Part shown: piece by piece, positions 7,896 through 17,300 of the stretch | Position numbering within the stretch: position 1 is the stretch's first letter | Layout: the number at the start of each line of letters is the position of its first letter | From: Candidatus Parvarchaeota archaeon | GTDB lineage: Archaea; Nanobdellota; Nanobdellia; WJKC01 | DNA: 64,000 bases | Assembly (NCBI GenBank): GCA_030615175.1 | Contig: JAUWZX010000001.1 | Location: forward strand, 62,566-126,565 | Direction of reading: 5' to 3' | Program-made: the position numbers and the translations under genes | Notes under the pieces: generated by a model | The model's input: only the letters and a program-made list of their open reading frames with translations | Databases searched by the model: none | Told to the model about the DNA's origin: nothing

Positions 7896-8039
7896 ATGAC
7901 TGGATTCATTAATTATTGGGATTTAATGAGGGATTTGGAGCATAGGAGGCATGAATTAAACTTAATTCGTGCTTGGTACAAGCAGAGGATGGAACTCGCT
8001 TTCAAGAAGATAAAAATGCTGAAACTTAAGAACAATTGA
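7896..8039 (+). CDS. possible small ORF (47 aa, helical, basic)
   Basis: ATG..TGA ORF MTGFINYWDLMRDLEHRRHELNLIRAWYKQRMELAFKKIKMLKLKNN lies in a gap between tRNA genes. It is below the ORF-track cutoff and only ORF integrity supports it. Confidence 0.2.
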   Translation: MTGFINYWDLMRDLEHRRHELNLIRAWYKQRMELAFKKIKMLKLKNN

Positions 8040-8092
8040 AATTCTTCTTTTATTTTTATTATCAAAACACACAACTTTGAAAAAGTAATTAA

Positions 8093-8180
8093 TGGGCTGG
8101 GTCGGATTTGAACCGACGACCTTCACCTTTCTTATATCTTATTGTAAGGGTAACGTCCTAACCAACTAGACCACCAGCCC
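8093..8180 (-). tRNA. tRNA-Val (anticodon TAC) with canonical 14-nt anticodon-loop intron
   Basis: Acceptor GGGCTGG/CCAGCCC, anticodon stem TTACC/GGTGA, loop CTTACA[intron about 8129-8142]A, T arm GTCGG-TTCAAAT-CCGAC. Confidence 0.85.
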
Positions 8181-8239
8181 GTAAATAAACTGATATTTCC
8201 CATCTTTTTTAAGTTTTTTTACTTGCTTCAACTTCTCTT

Positions 8240-8533
8240 TTAAAAATTATGCCGTTTACAATATAAGTATGAATCAATATGTTTCCTTACTTTATCCTCA
8301 TCACATCTTGACGCGTACCTAATAATTACCCCGAATATGTAATCATCTAATTTCCTTCTCCTGCGCAAGTATTTTATAATCATGTATTCATCATTTAAGT
8401 ATTCAACACCATTCTTCTTTGCCTTGAAAGTTAATGATACTAATGCCTTCACTAAGCCTTCAACTCCTTTTTCATCAAGTTCTTTTACTTGCTTCCATTT
8501 CTCTTTTATGAAATTCTCTAAGTTGGCATCCAT
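8240..8533 (-). CDS. hypothetical protein
   Basis: 97 aa ORF with no recognisable motif. Confidence 0.35.
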   Translation of the reverse strand: MDANLENFIKEKWKQVKELDEKGVEGLVKALVSLTFKAKKNGVEYLNDEYMIIKYLRRRRKLDDYIFGVIIRYASRCDEDKVRKHIDSYLYCKRHNF

Positions 8534-8644
8534 CTCCTTTTTTTTATAAGATTATGGTGATTTTAAGAACTTTTGGTGCGTTGTGGGATGCAAATATTTT
8601 ATTAAATAAGGCAATAGTTAATTTTAAAGTGGCACCCTTTAAAT

Positions 8645-8715
8645 GCGGCTGTTGTCTAGTGGTAGGATCTTGGCTTCCCAAGCCAATGGCCCGGGTTCAA
8701 TTCCCGGCAGCCGCA
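8645..8715 (+). tRNA. tRNA-Gly (anticodon CCC)
   Basis: Acceptor GCGGCTG/CAGCCGC, anticodon stem-loop TTGGC-TTCCCAA-GCCAA, T arm CCGGG-TTCAATT-CCCGG. 71 nt. Confidence 0.9.
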
Positions 8716-8717
8716 TC

Positions 8718-9239
8718 TCACTTCTCGCATCTCAAGTAGTGCCCGATGTCAATTACGTGCTTAATAACTGTTGTCCTGCCCTTGCCTAATAATTCTCCTC
8801 TTGATAAACCGAGTCCGAGGAATTCACGGTCCTTATTTAATACTAGTATTATTCCTTTTTGCTTGACTTCTCCTTCTATTTTAATTACGGAGTCGCTGAT
8901 AACATCTCTCGTGTACAGGAATAACTGCTCTGCTTTTGGCTTAATATATGCTCTTGGCATATCAAGCATTGCTGCCTTGTAAGCGAATTGCAGGTTAAGT
9001 CTTGCAGTTCTTAAATCCTTTGTGTCGCATACTGATTCACCTATGAATAATGGCTGCATGCCTTTTTTCTTCATGTGTTCAAATGCTTTGTATAATTCAT
9101 TGCTGACCGCGTTAATCTCCATTGGCATTGATGAATTAATAAGGAGTTTATCGCCTTTCAATAATTTATGAGCATTAGTTCCTAAGTCCCGTTTTAATAA
9201 TTCCAATACTTCATTTTTTTCAATTAATTTCCAGCCCAT
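8718..9239 (-). CDS. PUA-domain protein (NIP7-like / pre-PUA + PUA)
   Basis: 173 aa. C-terminal ILVLNKDREFLGLGLSRGELLGKGRTTVIKHVIDIGHYLR is PUA-like. Its start overlaps the stop of the upstream m5C methyltransferase gene (TAATG), so the two look translationally coupled. Confidence 0.6.
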   Translation of the reverse strand: MGWKLIEKNEVLELLKRDLGTNAHKLLKGDKLLINSSMPMEINAVSNELYKAFEHMKKKGMQPLFIGESVCDTKDLRTARLNLQFAYKAAMLDMPRAYIKPKAEQLFLYTRDVISDSVIKIEGEVKQKGIILVLNKDREFLGLGLSRGELLGKGRTTVIKHVIDIGHYLRCEK

Positions 9240-10036
9240 TACGATTTCACCATTTTTGCTATGAAGAATCCTTGAGTTTCATTTATGTGCGGGTAATACC
9301 TTTTCATGTGCTCTAATTTCATTCCTTGGCTTAAGGCGTGCTTCGCTACTTCCTCATTCTCCTGCATTGTCACTGTGCAGGTTGAGTAAACCAGCACTCC
9401 TCTTGATTTTAAGGATTTAATCCCTGCTTCTATTAATTCTACCTGCAGTTTCTTTAATCTCTTTATTGGCAATTCCTTATTTAGCAGGCCTGGACTCTTG
9501 TAAATGATTCCTAACGCTGTGCACGGGGGGTCAAGCAGCACTCTGTCAAACTTGATTCCTAAATTATTTATTTTTCTTGAATCAGTATTTAATCCTATTA
9601 TATTCTCGCAGCCCATTCTCTGGGCATTATACTTTACTGACAGTAATCTTTTCTTATTATTATCGCATGCAATTATTACTCCCTTATTATTCATTAATTC
9701 ACTGATATGCGTTGTCTTTGCTCCTGAACCAGCACACATGTCCAGCACGTAATTGCCTGGTCTTGGCTTTAATTCTCTTACCGCAATCATTGACGCAGCG
9801 TCTTGAAGCATGTAATAACCAAGCAAGTATTCAGTCGTGGCTCCTATTGAGAATGGCTGTCTTAGAATTTTTAATGCTTGCTCGTGGACTGGGTGGTCCA
9901 TTAATTCGAATCCTTTTTTCACAAGTTTATCTCTTAATTCCTGTTTTGTGATTTTAAGAGTATTCACTCTAATAGTTACTGGCGGCTTCACTTTTAAGCC
10001 GGCTAAGTATTCTTTAGGGATTCCTTTGAGTTCCAT
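9239..10036 (-). CDS. NOL1/NOP2/Sun-family RNA cytosine-C5 methyltransferase
   Basis: 265 aa. DMCAGSGAKT (SAM motif I), LLDPPCT (motif IV, catalytic Cys) and VYSTCT (motif VI Cys). Confidence 0.85.
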   Translation of the reverse strand: MELKGIPKEYLAGLKVKPPVTIRVNTLKITKQELRDKLVKKGFELMDHPVHEQALKILRQPFSIGATTEYLLGYYMLQDAASMIAVRELKPRPGNYVLDMCAGSGAKTTHISELMNNKGVIIACDNNKKRLLSVKYNAQRMGCENIIGLNTDSRKINNLGIKFDRVLLDPPCTALGIIYKSPGLLNKELPIKRLKKLQVELIEAGIKSLKSRGVLVYSTCTVTMQENEEVAKHALSQGMKLEHMKRYYPHINETQGFFIAKMVKS

Positions 10037-10161
10037 TAATTAAAGAGAACATTGGATGAACTTAAAAATGATGCGTCAGGCATTAAGATTTATTAATTAT
10101 TAATTAATAACTATTTTTTGCATAAAAACATTTATAAATTAATGGTTCATTATTGTTCCAT

Positions 10162-10713
10162 ATGGTTCAAAAATGGATTGAATTTGAGGTTTTACTTAAA
10201 TTGGTTGGTAGAAGTTTTCATTTAAGGGAGTTAGCAAAGCAACTTAAAGCCCCTCATACAACGCTTCTTAGAAAATTGAACGCGCTTGTTAAAGAAGATG
10301 CGTTATTCACAAAAAAGGAAGGTAAGAACAAGATTTATTTTATTAAGAAGGGTTTAGAAGCAAGGAATTATGTTTTCATGGCTGAGTACTACAAACTAAT
10401 TAAGCTAGTTACTAAGTATCCTCAACTAAGCATTATTTTAAAGGATGTTGTTAAGAAGTCGTCATCAGGTCTTATCGTTCTTTTTGGAAGTTATGCGAAA
10501 TTCACTGCAAAACCAAGAAGCGACATTGATTTATTAGTTTTATCTAGTAATAAAGCTGAGAAAAAGAAGATAGAAATGATTAATTCAAGAATTAATGTTA
10601 AACTTGCGTCAAGAATTGATGTTAATAATTTGCTTGTTAAGGAAATTATTAAGGACCACGTAATAATTAAGGGGGTTGAGAGGTTTTATGAGGAAACTAA
10701 AATTCTTGATTAA
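10162..10713 (+). CDS. wHTH + minimal nucleotidyltransferase (MNT) domain protein
   Basis: N-terminal wHTH (LRELAKQLKAPHTTLLRKLNALVKE), then LFGSYAKFTAKPRSDIDLLVL (GSx10-DxD NTase motif). The ORF track starts at TTG 10153; ATG 10162 is more likely. Confidence 0.75.
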   Translation: MVQKWIEFEVLLKLVGRSFHLRELAKQLKAPHTTLLRKLNALVKEDALFTKKEGKNKIYFIKKGLEARNYVFMAEYYKLIKLVTKYPQLSIILKDVVKKSSSGLIVLFGSYAKFTAKPRSDIDLLVLSSNKAEKKKIEMINSRINVKLASRIDVNNLLVKEIIKDHVIIKGVERFYEETKILD

Positions 10714-11170
10714 GTTATCAAAAGATGAGAAGTTGAAATTGGTTAAACCATCTGATGACGTATGCAATGCGTATATCGAGAAGTCTAATAATTCTTTAAA
10801 GTCAGCAAGGATACTTAATGAGTCAATGCTTTATGAGAACTCGATTTCAATGTCTTATTACGCGATGTATCACTCGATACTCGCCTTATTCTTCAAGTGT
10901 GGTATTAAATGTGAGAATCACGCAGCAACGATTATTTTATTAAAAGAGTTATTTAAAGAAAAGAAGTTGTTTAATGTGGTATCTAGAGCTAAAAAGGAAA
11001 GAGTAGACAAGCAATACTATATTGACTTTGAATTAACACGTAATGACTCTCAAGAATTAATAAAGACTGCAGAGGATTTCACAATCCAAATGAGATTACT
11101 TATTAATAAATTCCCTGACGAAAAAATAAAAAGAATTAGAAGTGAACTAAAAGAAGCGTTGAAAGCCTAA
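10688..11170 (+). CDS. HEPN domain protein (partner of the MNT)
   Basis: About 160 aa. SISMSYYAMYHSILALFFKCGIKCENHAAT is typical of PF05168-type HEPN proteins. It overlaps the MNT gene end, and GGGGG/GGTTGAGG lies upstream of ATG 10688. Confidence 0.65.
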   Translation: MRKLKFLIKLSKDEKLKLVKPSDDVCNAYIEKSNNSLKSARILNESMLYENSISMSYYAMYHSILALFFKCGIKCENHAATIILLKELFKEKKLFNVVSRAKKERVDKQYYIDFELTRNDSQELIKTAEDFTIQMRLLINKFPDEKIKRIRSELKEALKA

Positions 11171-11222
11171 AATTAAACGTTTAACATTAAAAGAGTGGAA
11201 AAAGAAATTAAAAGATTAAATG

Positions 11223-11356
11223 CGCTGGGGGAGGGATTTCCTTCAACGCTTTTCTCTTGAAAAAGAAAAGGGTTGTTTTGAACCCTCGCGTGCAAAGCAC
11301 ACTAGCTTACTACTAATGTTAGCAGGCTAGCGCCCTACCAGGCTAGGCGACCCCAG
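11223..11356 (-). tRNA. tRNA-Ser (anticodon GCT) with two introns (anticodon loop about 12 nt; T-loop about 40 nt)
   Basis: Acceptor GCTGGGG/CCCCAGC, anticodon stem CTAGC/GCTAG, loop CTGCTA[about 11308-11319]A, long variable arm GTGC-TTT-GCAC. T stem GAGGG/CCCTC is interrupted after TTCAAA by about 11237-11276. Spliced length is about 82 nt. Confidence 0.8.
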
Positions 11357-11386
11357 CACTAAGGATTAAATAAAAAAGGTTTGTTT

Positions 11387-14300
11387 TTAAGCTTTTTTAT
11401 AAACAACGTATGACACTAGCAGTATTAATATTAAAATGCTTATCCAGTCAGTCGCGCTTGCCATAACATAATTAAACACTCCTGTCGAATAAGTAGTCTG
11501 AACCAACGCAGTGAACAATAAAGTCGCATTATCAACTAATGACTCACTCGTCGCCTGAAAATTAATCGAATAAGTACCTATAGTCACAGGCATCACATCA
11601 ACATAATAAAACGCCTTGCCTCCAGGCTCAATCATTGTCGACAAAATCTTAGACTCACTGTCAACAAAACGAGCCGTTATCCCTGCAGGAATCATTGTCA
11701 AAGTATAATTATGAGGATTATCAGTCGGATTCCTAACCTCCAAATAAGCACTCCTATAACCAGCCTTGCCCTGAGCATAAGCCTGCGACTCAGGATGCAA
11801 ACTGAAATGTGACTCGTAAATATTCACTGTCCTAACATAATCATCCCAGTAATCAGACAAATTAGCCAACACCCTGAAAGTCTTGCTGCCATGAACCACT
11901 GGATTCTCATAAGCATACGAAACATGACCTGCCCTGGACGCATTAGTGCTTAATGCTAATACCCCGTCAATAGTCATCGTAACATTCAACGAGTCTAACG
12001 GGCTTGTATTGCCAGAACACAACACGTAATCAGCTGTTAACGTCTGGTTAGTCCCTATTAAAGTCCTGCTCGGAACATGATAAGCCCCCACTATATCATC
12101 AATACTGAATGAATAATGACTCTCAGTAGTATTACCTAAATCACTTACTGCATAGATTTTGGCATTATAGTCCTTGCAGTCCCATGCCAATGGGGAGTAT
12201 GTCCAGTTGCACCTGTACAGGAATCTCCCAGCGTTTTCGCACGTGAATTCTTCTGAATATACTTCAGCTCCTGCTGAATCATTAACGTCCAGGTGCACTG
12301 CAGTCACTGCCTGCTCTGTAGTGAATACTAGGACTGTTAAGTTCATTTGCTCGCCTGTCCTGTCAACCTTATCGTCATAAGTGAATTGCATTATATCAAA
12401 CGCCACTTCATCTGCTTCCTGAGTAATACTTACTGGTATCTTCTTCCACAAGTAAGTGTTTTCATGGATTTTGTAGTGATGGTCTGAATTATTAAAGACC
12501 GTGAAGTAGAACCTGCCTCCATACGAGTCGCCTGCACTGACTGCTGTCTGCTGGAATCCTATTGGATAATATGAAAACTTTATTAACGAACTCGTAATAT
12601 TGAATTCGTATAATGTATTATTCTCCGCACCCCACGTCTTTTCTTTGAAGAATCCTATAGCATCATGCGTCTGGTTGTTCAGGAATACAACCCAGTCAAG
12701 ACTTGATAATTCTATGCTAAAACTAAGGTTATAATTAGTTACTGTTCCTGAATCATTAATCACGATATTAGTGAAGCGGGTCTTATTTAATGGCATTTCA
12801 AAATACTTTAACCAATCAATTGTTTCACCTGAATTAAACGTTAAATTCTCATCCAACATGAAATAATAAGTGTCTGGCATCGTGATGTTAACCCCCGCCG
12901 GATGACTGCCCTTCACGCTGCCATTGTATGAGTGCACTGCTACTGAAGGAGTCATTTCCAGTTTAGTTGTTAAACCAGTAGCTGTTCTTAACTCACCAAG
13001 CGTTACTGTAGTATCATTATACTCAATTGTTTTTAATCCATAATCAGTAACGTCATCCAACTCATTATGCACGCTGCCTAACTTATCAAACACTGACAGC
13101 ACCTGATACTTTGTAGGACTTAAATCAAGCCTGTAAACTGAATTACTCACATTCCACGTCGGCGCTGTCTCATTAATTATTCCATTACTGTAAGATTTCA
13201 CGTTATGACCTATTGGAGTGTAGTATAACGCGTACACATTACCATCCCTGTTAAAAGGCGAGTCATTCCCTGGCATGTTTATCGGAAAATAAATATCTGC
13301 ATGAGTCAAATTATTATCCGCCCCGCAAGTAGCATTCAATATCATTAACGGGACTTCATAGTAATCACCTGTCGGCAGCACATTAACCACCCTGATTCCT
13401 AACTCGTCTTCAACATCATTATAGTCCCCATCCCCATTAACATCATTGCAGTATGCAGGGTCAGGGAAATCATAACTGTAATTGAATAATTCATTAATCC
13501 TTGAAATATTAGTTACATGACTCATTGACAGGTTAACCTTGTACTTGAATAACTCACTGTCATGACTTAACCACTCATTCTCCCACACCAAACTCAAATT
13601 CTTAACCAGGAACATAGCGTAATTATGCTCACCGTGCTTGCCGTTAAACGCCTGCAAGTGATAATAACCAGTGGCGCCCAGCTCGTAAGTAGCGTTATAG
13701 CAGTTAGTGCCGCACGAAGTCATGTTAATCCTCACCTCAGTAAAATTAGGTTTTATTAACACCACGTTCGGCATGCACTCGCTCGTGACATTAATCCCTA
13801 CAGTGTCCCCTGGATTTAACATCATGCTTGACAAGTTAAACGTCGGAGTCACTGTTGAATTACAATAATAACCAAAGTCGCATACCCTATCAGTTATGAA
13901 ATCCTCATCCTCATCGCACACAACTCCCTGCGGAATAGATACAGCATTACAGCAGCACTTAGGACTTCCTCCCCAATCCTCACCAGTGTCCTCACCGCAA
14001 CACCGAGCCCAAGCATTACGCATAGTACTGTAATCACTGTCCCATGAATATCCTATGGCATCCCAATACATAATATAACTTGAATCGTATCCGTACAGTG
14101 TAAAATATTTAAATGAAACTGGATCTCCATAAAAACCATCAACAAATTGTCCTTTATAATCTCCATCAATCCAACATTTCCACCAATTCGTAGAAGGATC
14201 GCCTGTAGTTAAATCAAATTCTAATTTAAAGTGATACAAATGATCAACAGAATAACTTGCTAATAATTCATGCCAAGTACCATCATAATATTTTAAGCCG

Positions 14301-17300
14301 CCGTCATCATCAAATCTTAAATAAATAGCTTTAGTTGAAGTATCTCTTAAATGAAATATACCCCTTTTATCGTTTACAGAAATCCCCCACCAAAATTCAA
14401 TAGTTCCTGTAGTTCTCACTCCAATATTATTAGTTCCTTGTAATGTATCTCCACTTGCATCTTTATCATATTTAATAACTTTCTTATGACTATCAAAATC
14501 AGAAATTATAGAAATTGTTCCCCCATTATTGTTATATCCATCAAGAAAACCAATATCAGTCCCAGTAGCACCAACAGCATCATCACTGAATGAGTATGTT
14601 GCATCATAGTCTGAAGTAGTGCTCCACGTTAGCCCTTCTGCCTCGCAGTTAGATTGACTCTGGTCCAATGCAGTATAATAATAATCACTGTAGTAGCAGA
14701 TGCTGCCGAACGCGTTAGAATCATTGTAGAAGTAATCACTTGTTGAGTCGTCACCGCAACAGGAAGAGTAAGCAGATGACTTATACAAAGCCATTACTTC
14801 ATTAGCATTAAGAGAACGATTATAGATGCGGGCATCATCAATAGTGCCATTAGCATAATACGTTGTTGAACTACCATGTCTTCCTATTTTACGATTAGCA
14901 AAATTATATGTTAATGAACCTGTTATCCCTGTCTGCTCACCTACATATTCACCATCAACGTAACTTTTTTTTGTTGAACCATCAAAAATAAATCCTATAT
15001 GGTGCCAGTTACCATCCGTTAATCCAGAACCATTATTAGACACGAAACGAGCAGTTGTATAAACACCAGTCCTAAGCTCACCAGTTGATACAGGAATACT
15101 TATCTCTAATTCTTGGCCACCAAATATTATATGGTAACCTCCTGCAGGAGAACCTTCGGATTTGAACCATGCAAAAGCAGAAACTTGAGTTGTGTATCCT
15201 AAATTATTAGATAAATCTATATAATCACCACTACCATCAAAACTCAAAGCATTACCATACTTGCCACTAACCCAGGAAGCATCATAAACTGTGCCGTCAT
15301 TAACGCCTGAATCATCACTCGCAAGCGTTCCTGAGGACTCATCAAAACGCCAATGAGCAACGAGCCCGTCACTGATATTATAAAGCCAGTTATAAGAATA
15401 CTGCTCGCAAACAGTCCGATTAAAATCAATTGACTGATGAGTGAAACTGCCATCCTGACAGAAATAAGTAGTATTACTTAAAGTACCATTATAGAAATCA
15501 TCACTAGCCGCATCATCACCACAGCAAGGAGCATAAGTATTATCACCAACACTGTAATCAGAGTCCCATGAGTAACCAACAGCATCAATGTAAGACGCAA
15601 CAATGTTTGCAGTTCTTTCAAATCTTAAATTATCAACACTGTCCCCTGCATCAAAAAAGGCTCCGTCATTAACAATTAAATCATCATCAACATACCAGTC
15701 AAAAGTGTCAGCAGCACAATCAAAAACCACTTTATGATGCTGCCATGCATTCTCACTAACTGCAACACCAGTATCAGTTAAACTACCCCCTTGATACTTA
15801 TAATTACCAGCATGAACATGCAATGCAAACTGCATATTATCAGCAGCATTATTACTATCAACTAATACCATAAACTGATAATTACCAGACCCATCATCAT
15901 CAAGCCAAGCCCAGAACTCAATAGTGCCTGTAACGACATTGCTAAAATCATTTCCAATATAGTAGTTTTCTGTAAAGTTAATCACTTTGTTATGGCCACC
16001 CCAATTATTAATAACCTCCACAACATTTGTGCCCCCCTCAATAAAATCAATAAAACCAATATTAGTACCAGTAGTGCCTACAGTCTCATCAGTGAATGAG
16101 TAAGTGCCAGGGTAATTAGTATTATTAATCCAGTCATGAGTTAATGCCTCGCAAGCAAACTTGCTTGAATCAGGCTCGATAACACTATAAGTACAGCTGC
16201 CACTACTGCAAGAATAATTCCTGTACTCAGTGCTATACACGCCATCAAGAGTATCACAATCCTCTGAAGAGAAACCGCAGCCAGAATCACTGCAAACACC
16301 AGCATAATACCTAACATTACCAGTACAATAACTGGTTAAATCACAATTAGGACAGCCAGTACCAGCATAATAACAAGTCACGCCTGACGCGCAGTAACCA
16401 TCACCAGCGCTGCCAGAATCACAAGTCAAATAATTAATAGGATAAGCACTTGCAGTGCTGCCATAACTACCCTCATTCGCAGCACCATCCTTTGCCCTGA
16501 CCTTATAAGTATACTGGGAGAAACAATCCAAACCACTATCAACATAAGGACTTGAAACCCAACCACTATCAGTACTACCAGGATTGCTTGAAGTCTCATC
16601 AACCTGATAAGAATCAACACCAGTAGTGACTGTATTTGAACCAGTTGCATTTACTTTATAAACTCTTAAATTCCTGAAAAATGTAGTTCCGTCATTAATT
16701 TCATCCGGGTAATGATAAGCCCCTACTCTAATTTCATGTTCAAATTCCTCTGTTACTGTAAATGTTTCATGAAATGGAGTCCAGTAAGTATTACCTGTTC
16801 CAAAACTCGTGCTTTTAATCCAACTATCAGTTGTATTAGCAGTCCATATGAAAACTGTTGATGTTCCTCCTGCCGCGTTTCTCGTGCTGTCAACTCTTAC
16901 TTCTCCTTCTAATATAAATATGTTTCCTACTTCTAATGAACCCATTGTCACGATATCTTCATCAAGATAGTAGTTATACCCTGTGCCTGAATAATTATGC
17001 GCTTCTATACTATTCTCTAATAAATTATTCACATTCCCACTCTCATCAAACGATTTCAAGTAGTAATAATAATCATCACCAGCGTCACTAACACTGCTCC
17101 AACTCACTTGAAGAGAAGTCGTGGACGCTTCAGTCACAGTGGGCGCGTCGGGTGTGCCAGGAACAGTACCATCAATAGCTCCTGTATCACTGTACGTATT
17201 ATCCATAATGAGAGGAGTGAGTCTGAAATTATCATAATAATACTTGGTTGCGGCAACGCCATTCCTGTCGTCCTTTAAAATAAAAACTCCGCTACTAGTA

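Noticed and set aside
8554-8739. 61-aa ORF from the six-frame track.
   Set aside because: It contains the whole tRNA-Gly(CCC) gene, so the ORF is spurious.
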